A DNA stretch of 59,448 nucleotides, filler included, from Sphacelaria rigidula (GCA_964200075.2; 5 parts of 5 records of this genome joined end to end with filler, not necessarily neighbours in it); one strand, 5' to 3'. Numbered from the whole stretch's first letter, positions 1 through 11,462 are shown. The notes: generated by a model from the letters alone, not told the origin. Made by a program: numbers and translations.

Positions 1-1244
1 GGGTTGTTCCCCCGGGCTGTTGAATTTTTCTGTGTTTACGAAGGGTGCGTGTCCCCCCCCCCCCCCCCGCGCGCACCCGATTCCCCCGTTCGGTTCCCTC
101 GTTCGTGTTCCCCTCTGGTTCACGATCTTCACGATTGTGGGGTTTGTAGATGGAAACGAAGCATGAGTAGGATGAGCAGACCCGGCGTTTTAGCTTCGGT
201 TTTCACTGGACGCTGAATCTGCAGTGGCCTTGTTGTTTTGCCTTTCCGCATGTGCCACCTCAAGTACACTTGTAGTATCTCTACTAGGTGATGTCGTTGT
301 GCAGTGTAGGCTCACCTGGATGCTTGATCTGCTATGGGGCTTCGTGTATCGATGGCTGGGCAGCAGAGGTACGAGTACCGTGCGGTTGACGTTTGGACAC
401 GATCATCGTACCGCTGGCCTACGACTACCAGCAGTCCATGGCCCTGCCGACACTCGCACAACCGCGTCCTTCGCGGGAGGTAGTATGGGGCATTCATCCT
501 CTCTCGTCCTCTCTTCGTGTGCCCCATTCGTTGTCGCACGGTAGTCGTTCAGTGCTGCGCCGTTTGTTTCGAGTGTCGTGCGATTTTACGCCATTTCTCT
601 GGAAAATCGCAATTTGTCTGTAGAAGACCACACTCGTGCGTGCATCGTACACGGCATAGCCGTCGTTAGATGGGGTAGTTGATGCACTAGATTGCAGATA
701 ACGCATGCCCTTCCTTTCCTGTAGAGCGATGTTGTGTGGCCAGTTGTACGGAGGATTTCCAATGTGGGCTTTTGTTCGGTGGTTAGTCGCGTAGCGATAG
801 CCCCGATGACTGGTGAGACAGAGGGCAAAAAACGCGTCCCTCAACCAGTATTGTAGTCTGAATTGCTTTCATGCCGTAGGCTATCGGCATCTTGCATGTG
901 GAACCGTTTCATTTCCGCCTAGGCAAAGAAGAGATTCACGAGTTGTAGCGTTTTGTCGTAAAATAAGGGCATGGTGGGCGGATCCATCTCCGCATGTTGG
1001 CTTTGCACAATTCAGCTACTTCAAAACGGAAGGTTCCAGGTTCTCGTCCGCGTGTGCTGAAAGTTGTGTTCCCCTTACTGCGCCACGATTTTGGTATTTG
1101 TTGGACCTCGAAAATCGTGTTAGAATGGCAGTTAGCATATGCTTGTTGGAATGGCACTTGGTAAACATTGTGTCTGCATGTCTGAATTGAGTAACAAGTG
1201 GAGATACTGTTGTTGCGTAGTGTTGGTCGAACTCCCGATGCCAG

Positions 1245-1284
<40 letters not shown>

Positions 1285-1309
1285 ACCCCCCGGCGGGGTG
1301 CGGGGGGTG

Positions 1310-1319
1310 NNNNNNNNNN
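1310..1319. other. Intra-scaffold 10-N gap at a poly-C tract
   Basis: Ten Ns. The sequence after the gap (gtgttggtttgggcgaactccccaggccccc) is a degraded repeat of the sequence before the poly-C (gtgttggtcgaactcccgatgccagccccc), consistent with overlapping low-quality contig ends. Confidence 0.85.
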
Positions 1320-3409
1320 TGTTTTTTTTTATTTAGTAAAAAGGGGGGTATTTGTTGTTGTGTTGGTTTGGGCGAACTCCCCAGGCCCCCCCCCCCCCCC
1401 CCCCCCCGCTGGCCTGACAGTCACCGCTATATAGGCTGGGTATGAGCTGTGCTGACTGGCGAGGACGTCGAGAGGTTTTGTCACTTAGATTCTACACGTG
1501 CCGGTGTTGTGTCGGGTTGCACGCATGTGATCTTAGTTCGAATGACGAGGACTGTTGTTGCCGGTTGGCATAAGTTCAAACAGCAGCAGCAGCATATGAT
1601 ATTTTGTAGACTTGAATAAACTTGAATGACTGGTGAAGTAAACTGCATAAGCTATAGCTATGCTGTGCTAAATTTTAGAGGCAGCGGGTAGTGCATGCCG
1701 TACAGTACATGTTCATATATATATATATATATATTTATATTTACATATTTGGAGTTGACCTGTTTTTCCACACGGGTGCACGCGTGACGTGTGTCGATAA
1801 TGATCCAGGCTGGTGTATGTCTGCACCTCGAATGTACGAAGAGAGATGGCGTGGGTTGTCATGAGCGTGTTGCGTTCCCAGCGTGCTTCCCCGATGTTAC
1901 TTGTATCAGGGTCATTCCCGCCTGCTTCAGAGTACTTCTGGCTCAAGCTATTCACACTGGGGAAGGCTTGCACAATCTTCAATGTGGGCTGTTCAGTTAC
2001 GCTTCGGTTTCTACGGAGCGGCTGTCTAATTCCAGGCCACTACCTTACGATGTCATGCGTGCTAGACATGCTAGGCGTACCTCTACCCAGGCTTGATTTT
2101 TTAGGCTGCTGGCGCAGGCTATTGGTGCTCAAGGTCTGAGTCGTGCGTTTCAGCCTTGTTAGCAGACGTGATTGTCGGGACCGGTGTGGGGGCATTGATG
2201 TGCTCTTCAGTCGTTCTCTCGACGCACGTGAAGCCGCCGAATTTAGTTTTGCTTATTGTTGTTTTGCTGTGGCACCTGCTATCGGTACATCCCATCTCGG
2301 TGTCGTGGCCATGCTATCGTTGGTGCGTGGGCTTTGGTGCCGTTCCTGTTTCGAGAGTCGAGTGGATAGCAGTACGCCATAGTATCGCTCCCGGTCTGTT
2401 GGCAGTCGCACGTGGGATGTGTTGAAAGTGCGGCGTGTGTTCAGTGCCGATCGAGCGCTGTCCTTCCGAAACTCGTGTTATTCGTTTCTACGAGCGAACA
2501 CGTTCGATTCCGGTGGACCCGTATATCGATGACGGGTGGCAATGTGTATGGAGTAATGGTGGGTGGAGAGCTAGAGCTGCGGCCATACAAGTGCACTCTG
2601 ACCCTTGCTGCGCACGCCCCTCGGTACTGACGGCTTCTAGTATACACGCCAGTTCTTGCAGGCAAAAAAGCCATATTAGTGATCGTTTTCGATACATAGA
2701 TTGAGTAGCGGCGTGTCATTCTTCTCACTACTTGTAGGTGTATGTGGTGGGTTATCGTAGTAGTTGGTACGTCGTGGCAGTACAATAGCACACGGGGAAT
2801 ATGGTTGTCGTATGCACGCCACTGAAAGCATGACGGATACACGTTGTACTCTGGTCCTCGTAGTAGCTATTTCGTTCCTGGATCGATGTTTATCGCTCGA
2901 CACGGGTATCGAAATCTGGGTTATCACGGATTTCGGACACATCGGTGGTGCACCGCACGCGGTTGCGGTATGCTGTGTAGGATAGGGGGGTACCTGAAGG
3001 CAAAAGAGAGCTGCAGGTGGAGGAGAAATACCTTTTTTTTCATCCAACGTTCTCGGAAAACAATGAAACAGCGGTCAGCTGTTGCGGTATTGATCCCTCT
3101 GATGGTAACTTCTCTCGAGGAGGAGTTGTTGATGCTCAAACAGAGACGCATGACTGCTGCTGCCTGAGCCTACGTTCATATCGAACGGAGTTGTGTGCGA
3201 CCAACTTGTTCGTGACAGCGTGGTGCATATAATCTACTTATTCGCTGGTGCCAGGATACCATCGTTTGGGTGCCGGACCTGTGCTCATGTGTCAGACAAT
3301 TCGTGTCTTGTGTTGAGTATGTTTTCACGGCGTTCGGCTTCTATATGGGTCTCATGAAGGGATGACGATGGATCGTGCTCGTTACAAGTATCTATCTTGA
3401 TTTACTTTT

Positions 3410-3600
3410 GCTGCCCTTCCGACCCCTGCCAATCGTTGGGATGAGTCCGCACTTTCAAGGGATCAGCCCATCTTTCCCCAGTTACCTGCCTGGCATATTA
3501 TGGTCGGGGGGATTGGATCAACGCTCCCGCATCCCGTCGAATCTCATTGAATTTGGTTGCTCCTCGTTTTTCCTCAGGTCTTTACGCCTTCGACGACGGA
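3410..3600 (-). mobile_element. Old, diverged fragment of SINE-like family A
   Basis: gagtccgcactttcaagggatcagcccatctttcccc matches gagtccgtgctctcaagggatcaacccatctctccc of the 4390-4710 copy, with further similarity downstream. Alignment by eye. Confidence 0.55.
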
Positions 3601-3606
3601 GGAATG

Positions 3607-3937
3607 CGGGATTTTACAAATTGGGGATGGGTTATATATTGGGGACGAGAACCCGGAGAGTTGAAATCTTAGTATCCACACCAGATCTTCAAAGTAATCT
3701 TCCGTTTCTTCCCTTGCTGGTAGCTATTGACAACTACTACACGCCATAGAAATTTGGATTTCGATCATCAAAATGTCGGGGCCCTGGGTGAAAACCAATT
3801 TGGGGGATTTAGGTGATCTGATCGGACAGCAAGTGAAGACATGGAAGCATACTTCGAAGATTTTGTGTGTATACGAAGATTGTAATTCCCGGGTTTCCAT
3901 CCCCAATAAAAAATTCATTCCCAATTTGTAAATCCTG
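3607..3937. mobile_element. MITE-like element with ~105-bp imperfect terminal inverted repeats
   Basis: 3607-3712 (cgggattttacaaattggggatggg...cttccgtttcttc) is the imperfect reverse complement of ~3832-3937. The terminal 17-mer CGGGATTTTACAAATTG recurs in reverse complement at 28046-28062 on another scaffold. No target-site duplication (TSD) seen. Confidence 0.7.
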
Positions 3938-3984
3938 TGTTGAAGATACATTTTGGCATTTTCTTTTCACTTTGTCGTCGTACT

Positions 3985-4105
3985 GGCGAATTGTCTCCTT
4001 CCTTGAGAGGAGCCCGTGGTGTCAAGGGGTCAATCCATTTCTTCCACGGTACACGCCTTGCACGCCGTCGACCGGCACTCCCGCACCGTGTCGCCTCTCT
4101 CGTTA
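3985..4105 (-). mobile_element. Fragment of SINE-like family A
   Basis: Contains cggtacacgccttgca, identical to the reverse complement of part of the 29609-29922 copy, with flanking similarity. Confidence 0.65.
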
Positions 4106-4178
4106 GATGGACTCTCTTTTTTGGTATTTGCGATGCCGAATCTTGCTCGATCCGGCCGCACGGTTTTCTATTCCCGTT

Positions 4179-4312
4179 GATTCGATGGCGGACTCGTCAC
4201 GAGGAAGGGAAGGGGCTCAAAGTGCGACAAATACTGAAAAAAAAGACAGGTTGTCGACAGAGGGGACCCGTCTTCTTTTTTTCAATATTTGTCGCACTAC
4301 GAGCCTCTCCAT
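4179..4312. repeat. Tail-to-tail pair of family A 3' ends forming a hairpin
   Basis: gtgcgacaaatactgaaaaaaaagac ... gtcttctttttttcaatatttgtcgcac inverted repeat. Both arms match the family A 3' end. Confidence 0.7.
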
Positions 4313-4389
4313 GATGACTCATGCATGATATGAGTACACTGATTCGATGGCGTAGATGTGATTTCCGGGTTCCGTCTGTCGACAGCCCG

Positions 4390-4710
4390 TCTTCTATTTT
4401 CAATATTTGTCGCACTTTGAGCCCCTCCCCTTCCTCGTGACGAGTCCGTGCTCTCAAGGGATCAACCCATCTCTCCCTGGCACACGTATTGGTCTCGCGC
4501 ACTGGCGGGTCAGCACTTTCGCACCACGTCAACTCTCGTCAAATGAACTCAGTCAACTACTTGTTGTTTACTCGCGTACTCACGCTTTCGACGGTAGAAA
4601 TGAGATACTTCAATAGAACAATCTCGCGCATCGGGCATCGAACCCGTGTTCTCTCCACCATAATGGTGACAATCATAATCCAATAATTGGACCACCGGGG
4701 CGTGGCGGCA
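4390..4710 (-). mobile_element. tRNA-derived SINE-like element, family A (near full length)
   Basis: On the minus strand: head tgccgccacgccccggTGGTCCAATTATTGG (A-box-like) ... GGTTCGATGCCC (B-box-like), then a body colinear with 29609-29922, ending gaggaaggggaggggctcaaagtgcgacaaata. Confidence 0.75.
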
Positions 4711-4739
4711 AGTCTTGAATACCCCGAATTGATATCCAC

Positions 4740-4950
4740 GAGTGTTGCCGTCCCATCTATTCTGGGCGCCGGGCTACACCTTTCGGTATATGTTGGCGCA
4801 CCAGCCGGGGTCACACGGGAGGAAGGTCAGCACAGGAGCGTTTTATTTTATATTTGTTTTGAGTACCCCATCTTCCTTTTGCAGTACTTGCCTTTATTTT
4901 TTATCGCGAGAGGGGTTCAGCAGTCCCTTTCCCTCACCGATCGTTGAGGA
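4740..4950 (-). mobile_element. 5'-truncated copy of SINE-like family B
   Basis: The reverse complement aligns with 25460-25672 (shared gcgcaccagccggggtcac, gttcagcagtccctttc, ttttcggtatatg-like segments). The tRNA head is absent. Confidence 0.75.
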
Positions 4951-5484
4951 CGAGTGCAAACTGGTCATTTTTCAGTTGAAGGAGGGTTAAGAAACTCGGG
5001 GGAGCTACTTCTCACCAGTTTTCGTGGCGTCTCTCTTTTCATTTTTTTTTGTCATAATGTGTCTTGTAAGGAACAGCAGGGACGGTATTGGAAGCCGAGC
5101 CTACGTCTGTGACCACGGGTTCGCGAGATCGGACTGATGTGCGGAAATAATGATAGTAAAAAATAAAAATAACAATAATAACAATAATAATAATATATAT
5201 CGCAAAAAGCACCTCGGATCCGACGTCGTCACCAAATTTCCAGTCGGAATTATTTTCTTCTCCTCGAATTGAGTCAGAATTGGGCTTGCGACACTTTGAT
5301 TTTGAACGCGGTAGTGACCAACACGGTACCGCTCCCGCGAGTGCAGGCTTCAATCGTTGTCCGTGATGTATCGGTTGTACGACCCATCATTCACGCGAAC
5401 AGGAAAGACTATGGAATGGTCCAGGATCTGAAAAACAGGTTACGACCTGTGTTTCACAAATATGTCGTGAGAGCAACGCCACGG

Positions 5485-5710
5485 TAGGGGTGCACTTTTT
5501 GTGCAAACTCTTGTCTGATTCAGGGGCTCCTAACGATTCTAGATGCACCAGAATATGGATCAGGGGCATCCTCACTCGCAAATTTCTGGATATCCCTAGC
5601 ACATTGGAGTAGTGATCCTGGCGTACTCTCACGTATTTCACAGGTCGTGTTTCGGATGAGATGAAGGGCTCCTAACAATTTCAAGCTCAGGAAATATGTT
5701 TGCACCCCTA
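5485..5710. mobile_element. Candidate hAT-like MITE, 226 bp
   Basis: Perfect 10-bp TIR TAGGGGTGCA (5485-5494) / TGCACCCCTA (5701-5710). Internal direct repeat gggctcctaacRatt. No intact 8-bp TSD. Confidence 0.4.
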
Positions 5711-8700
5711 TGGTACCATCCCTCGTTACTCGTATTTCTAAATAATAACTCGCAGTGCCTGCTTTTGTCTCAGCTGTCGTACTTCTTCGGTTGTGTCGCA
5801 CTCCCCACGTATCTTCCTTGGGCGATTACGATCGCCGGTGTATTTTACTCGAGCTTCGTCCTGTCGGGTACAGTTGATTGATGTTTTTACTTTGGAATTT
5901 GTGATGTACCACCTTCATCTCTGGAGTACAGCGAACTGTCTGCTACATTGATTCTCACATCGTGCCTGATCTTCCCCATATCCTCTCCGGGTATGACACG
6001 ATTACTGTCGGGGTGGTAATACATTCCTTGACTGAAAATATACACGCGCACATGACCACAAACGCACAGTGCCGCGTACTCACTACTATCGCGAGTTAAC
6101 ATGACAGAGTACCGCATTTCAGATTCCCTCAGTTTCCGCGGTATTTCTATTTTACTCCGCAAGTACCACATTCGTCTGGCTCCGTACCGTCCCTGCCATG
6201 CTCTCGAAAACCAGACACCAAAATACTGCAGGATTCACGATATCAAAACACCGCACCGTACGTACCGCAAGGTGCAGGTACCGAACACCGTGGACCGCAG
6301 TGATACCGCGACAAATCAAGGGTCATGCCATACAAACATGTTTCAAACACCCAACTCCGAGAAAAGTCCTGACACGCATACCCGACTGCCGACCGCGTTC
6401 ACCTTGGATTGCTTCTTAACTAGGAACTATGTCAGATCAAACACAAAAAGAATCAAATCGACCGAACCCGATAGCGCAAAATTGCTAGCCCAAAGAATCG
6501 TGGGGATATATATAATATATATATATGACCCAATCGTACGAGAAAGTCAACCATCCAATCAATGGTGGTGAGAAAGGAGAGGTTACTCCCAAAAAAAAGT
6601 GTTCTTACGACGACCAGTCAGAGTTTCCCAAAGCGCAAAAATGACCATTCCATACGGAGGAAATAAAAATCTACCTGTAGGGGAAGGATTGTGCTTGTTT
6701 TTTTCTACTACAACACACATCTTTGTAGCTCATATGTAGAGCATAATATTCTGCAGTTTGTGTCCTACTGAAGCTTTTACAACCATCACGGAGTCTCAGC
6801 ACAACAAGCTATCTACCACGACTCGCCCAAGAGCCACGTGATTTTCACTCACACACTTGTAAGTCATGTTCCAAATGAACTCCCGACAACGACGATATTT
6901 CTTTGGACAAAACAACACACCCGCGCACACTATCTACTACCCACTAACCTGAAGCCACATATATTTACTGCAATCGTGTTCTAAAATGAAGCGCTCACGA
7001 CCTACTACACGCAACAACAATACTACGCCACCTACATTCTACCTACACCATGATCATGATCCAACCCCCCCCTCCCCCCCTCCCACAATCACGCAGGAAT
7101 TCAAGACTATTCGATGCTGGCCATAAGGGCATGATACTTGAAACTCCCTCAAAGTCTCTTCTTACCTTTCCCTTCCCTCGCCTTTGTAACCTGGAATGCT
7201 CAGTGTTTTCAGCAGTCCAAACTCCAAGTACTCTGAAGTACGAAGCAAATGCTCTGGGAATCCAACCAACCGCACCTGCGAGTATCGCATACTACCGAGG
7301 CACATTCGGCAACATTCCCTCACCCTGAGATGATACTACCCATAACAATGCGCAAGACACGGCACAGCGGCTTTTACTGGCATCAAATTCTGCCGCTATG
7401 TGCCGTAGTGCAGCACTCCCCCCCCCCCCCCCCCCCCCCCCAAATAAGAAAATATTTCTTTATTTATGTAAAGAAAACAAAACCCCGACCACGGGACAAC
7501 AAAAAAGGTGAGACCGGCCTCCTTCAAAGTAGCAAACTACTGTAGCATCATGTACAGTAACACGATCCCCGGAACGAGACAACAAAAGAGGGATGCCACG
7601 GTTTTACCCTACACAGTGGGGCCCTCGGTATCACCGCATTATATCGGGACCCCGCACCATACCCTATAATGCAATTACTTGACATTAAACCAGCCGATCG
7701 GACATGTGACAAAAGTGTTTCTGATCGCTGTGTGGTGGATGCGAACCCCTCCCTTGTACCTACATTTTCCTACATTTCACTGGCAACCTAGTTTGTCTAC
7801 GAGGGAGTTGTTTTCGGGATGGGGGAGGGGGAGAGGGGTCGAAGCGAGAAATCCGTTTGTGTCCTGTTGAAGAGAATAAAGCGAATGCGTTTCCCTGCCT
7901 CTCAATTATTGTCAATTTAGATGTTTCTGTGTGCATGACGATTTCCTCGGAAACCGAAATTTCCGACCCCGAAATGCACTGCTTTTCCCTGCTGTACGTG
8001 AAATCGGCTCGACTATTCAATGTTCGAACAATTCATACGTTCTCTGTACGGTACCAACATACTCACGCACCGCGCCATCACGTGTACCAGGTACGGCGAG
8101 AACTGCTGGACAGTTACCCCCCCCCCCCCCCCAAAAAGGAGATGAATTTATAATGTATGTATGATAGTACGTGAGCACGTGTACGTATAATCTCATGAGC
8201 CAAACAAACAAAGAACACGACACCACGTATACAAGATATCGTGAGAACAGCTGAACAGATGCCTCACTCGCGTCCCTTTGTCTCTCACCCCCTCCCCCCC
8301 CTGCCCGCCCGCCCCGCGCCGCAAAAAAACAAATGATGACGTATATAATGTATATATAATCATATGTGAGCATACATATATATATGTATATTCCCGTAAA
8401 CCGACAAAACAAAAAAACGCACCAAAAAAAAGCGACTGCAAGATCGAGATATGCTAAAAACGGATATGAGAAAACGCACCGAGACAGGAAAAAAAAAGTC
8501 GAACGGCATCAGTACGAGGTGAGTGATCGATAACCTTGTTTGACAGGATCACTGATGTCACAAGAAAACGGGGACCGCACGAGACAAATACCGAGAAAAT
8601 TACTTGGGATAAAAGCACACACATCCAAGAGCTACGAGTGCGAGGTACGGTGGGGGGTGGTGGTCGGGCGGGGGTGCTAAAAAGAAAAAAAACAATTTCA

Positions 8701-8887
8701 CGCGCGTTTGCCGATTCTTCACCCTGTGTCCGGGAGGGATAAGGGCGCAAGTGACGACACCGGAGTTACCGTGGTGCGATAGTCTCCGATTCTGTTTTCT
8801 GCGACATGTTGCGGGGAAATCATTGCCAACCTCTTGCTGGCGTTGATGTTGATGTTGTTGTTGTTGCTGCTGCTGCTGCTGCTACCG

Positions 8888-10318
8888 CTACTGCTGCTCA
8901 TGCTGCGAGTGTTGCGAATGCTGTTGTGATGAACATTGCTGGGGCGACGGTCGCACAATACTACCGCTGCCATCACCGCCCGCGGTGTAATCATGGCCAC
9001 TATCTGCGGGACAGTTATCCTGCACAGCGGAAGAATTCTCCTCACTCTGCCCAGCGGGATAATTGGCAATAGCGGCGGTCTCTTCCGTGCTGCTCACACC
9101 ACCATCGGGGATGAAACCACGCGCCCCGACCACCGCCGCGGAAGCAAGCCGCGGACGCTGCGCCACAACCCTACCATGGGGGCTGTCATTATGCTGCTGC
9201 GACATCATCAACCCGCGTCGTTCGGCTAATGCCAGATCCGGGTCGTCCGCGGACTTCTGCTCACGTCCTTCTCTACCCGCCGCAGCCTCCACCACTGACC
9301 CCCTGCGGCCACTCCTGGTTGACGCTACAGGTTTTTCCAACTCGTCCTCTGTTTCCTCGCCATCCTTGGGCAGTACACCAGACGCTCCGGCAGATGCCGT
9401 TGCTACTGCTCCTGCTGCGCGCGGCGACGCGTGTCCCCCTTCTGTTCTTGTATCGTACGGCTGCTCTGCGTCGTGCTCGGTCGGGCTACTCCCAGGGTGA
9501 GCAGTTCTCGAGCCGCCGCCGCCATCGCGGGCAGCATCACTTTCCCCGCGTAGCGACCGAGATCGCGAAGGCGGACTACTACACTGCCGAAAGAAAGATG
9601 GTGGAGAGGACAGGCTGTTGCTTCCGGCTGGTAGCATTCGCGTAGCGGCAGCACCGCCACCGGCGGCGGCGGCGATAGATGCTGGCAGGCCGCTCGGGGG
9701 TCGGGTCACTGCCGCGCCTGTTGCTGCCGCCATTCCTGCATTGATATCGCCTGCACGGAGCTCCGCTGTTCGCCCCGCACCATCCTCCGCTGTTGACGTC
9801 GACACTGTCCCGTTTTCGTTACTAACGCCGCCGCCGCCATCTCTACCGACACTACCATCGACGGCCGTATCTGCAAACCGGCTCTGGGCTTCGTCGGCGG
9901 TGTTAGCTTGAACCGCCGCGTGTGCATATGGCACGCCGGCAGCCGTGGGGGTGGTCGTGGGATAGACCGTTGAGCGCGCGACCGTCGAAGGCGGAGATGG
10001 GGGCCAGGACCGGACAGACACGGATAGGTCATCGGGTTCATTGGCCCCGCCGGCGATGCTGGCATTATGATCTACATCACCGACATGTGCCTCTGCGTGG
10101 GTGCCATAGCTGGTCCCATTTGTTTCAGCATAGGGCGCCAATGCGGCGACAGTTGATTGGGAGGGCATGCGGTTGTTGTCGCTGCTGTTTTGATGATCGC
10201 TGTTGTGATGTTGAGGGTCGCTGTGACTGTTATAGCCGGTGTTGCTATCCCCCTGAGCCGCCAATGACCTGCCCTTATGCACGCGGTACACCTCCATCAC
10301 CTTGACCATGCCAGCCGC
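8888..10318 (-). CDS. Terminal coding exon of an unidentified gene (low-complexity A/G/S/Q-rich protein C-terminus)
   Basis: Acceptor ...gctttcgcaccgttcaagacAG|GCG at 10318, then 476 open codons to TAG. It begins AAGMVKVMEVYRVHKGRSL and is then disordered. Upstream exons not located. Confidence 0.7.
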   Translation of the reverse strand, partial: AAGMVKVMEVYRVHKGRSLAAQGDSNTGYNSHSDPQHHNSDHQNSSDNNRMPSQSTVAALAPYAETNGTSYGTHAEAHVGDVDHNASIAGGANEPDDLSVSVRSWPPSPPSTVARSTVYPTTTPTAAGVPYAHAAVQANTADEAQSRFADTAVDGSVGRDGGGGVSNENGTVSTSTAEDGAGRTAELRAGDINAGMAAATGAAVTRPPSGLPASIAAAAGGGAAATRMLPAGSNSLSSPPSFFRQCSSPPSRSRSLRGESDAARDGGGGSRTAHPGSSPTEHDAEQPYDTRTEGGHASPRAAGAVATASAGASGVLPKDGEETEDELEKPVASTRSGRRGSVVEAAAGREGREQKSADDPDLALAERRGLMMSQQHNDSPHGRVVAQRPRLASAAVVGARGFIPDGGVSSTEETAAIANYPAGQSEENSSAVQDNCPADSGHDYTAGGDGSGSIVRPSPQQCSSQQHSQHSQHEQQ

Positions 10319-10631
10319 CTGTCTTGAACGGTGCGAAAGCAACAGAGCGGAAAGCCGGATGTATCCGTCATGTTGTTGGTGTTAAACTACAGCACAGGTG
10401 CTCGCGGGTATGCAGGAAGCGGGTGATGGAAAATCGAATGTGGAGATCATTGGGCAGGCGGTCGGGGTGGGGGTGGGGGGGGGGGGGGGGGGTGTGGCGC
10501 CTTTCCCGGGCAAGAATGGATTCACACATCGAACTCAGGTATTACCAGCCGTGTGAAGCGGAGCCGTCGATTTATTCGTGTGATCCCCCCCGTCATATCG
10601 TCAACCCCAGTAGCGTATACGCGAGTTTACA

Positions 10632-10758
10632 GTCGTATCAACACGCTTGGAATATACTAGACTTAGCTGTACGACTGTCCGATTGTTGTTGTTGTTGTTG
10701 TTGTTCGTCGTATCACTGCACTTCAAATATACAAGACTCGACTGTACGGCCATCGGAT

Positions 10759-10796
<38 letters not shown>

Positions 10797-10800
10797 TGGC
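10632..10800. repeat. Two tandem ~75-bp units, each ending in a trinucleotide tail, (GTT)n then (GCT)n
   Basis: gtcgtatca...aatatac.agact...ctgtacg...c.gattgttg occurs starting at 10632 and at 10707. Confidence 0.7.
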
Positions 10801-11080
10801 TGCTGTCTTATGTTAAAAACCGTTTTGATCTCTGCGCAGTACTCCGTACTGGGCATCAGATTCAGACCAATTAAAAGCCGACAGTCCCAGGTTCTCCCAA
10901 CGTGAGCAGCACGCTATTTTGGTCAAGAATGTACATCTTGCCTGGGACACAGTATGCATATCCCTTACCCGAGGGTCCTCGGTATACCTTGGTTCGGGTA
11001 TTGAGGTTAGGGTTTGGGTTAGAGGTAAATCTAGAACGTGTGCTCTTTGATTGATCATCGCAAATTAACGGATGTCCCAA

Positions 11081-11462
11081 GGATCCAGCCGTGGTCATAT
11101 GATTAGCCATGGTGATGGGGCAACGATCTCGCGCAAACCGGCCTTGTCAACCCTCCCCTTCCTCGGTACGGGTCCATGGTCTCAGGAGATCACCCCTTCG
11201 CTCTCTCCCCAGGTAGAATACTTGCCTGGTGTTATATCATCTAGCATTGGATGATGACCACACCCGCATCCCGTCTACTCTCGTCTCTTTTTCCATGCTG
11301 CTCACGTCTGCCGCGCTTTCAACGACGAGAATCGTGTTCTGCTCAAGAAGACCGTTATCTGTCGGGGTCGATCTTTCTTCGTCTTCCAACCTCTCTCCGC
11401 TTTCCGTTAGGGGGTGTTTCCGTTTTGTTCATCACGTCTCTCTTGTGACCACGGCTGGATCC
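11081..11462. repeat. Perfect 17-bp inverted repeat bounding ~380 bp
   Basis: GGATCCAGCCGTGGTCA (11081-11097) and TGACCACGGCTGGATCC (11446-11462). Confidence 0.7.

Noticed and set aside
1139-1434. Poly-Pro/poly-Gly ORFs here and at 49542-50078
   Set aside because: Translations of poly-C tracts next to N gaps with low-quality duplicated flanks.
1-3350. GT-skewed region with many short ORFs as a retrotransposon or gene
   Set aside because: No RT, integrase, gag or transposase motif and no consistent exon chain recognised. Left unannotated.
5050-5200. Possible third SINE (gggttcg followed by an (AAT)n tail)
   Set aside because: No convincing A box and no second copy in the window.
11001-11030. 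Telomeric repeat or chromosome end (also caacccaacccaaccta at ~31050)
   Set aside because: Only two or three degenerate units, internal to the scaffold.
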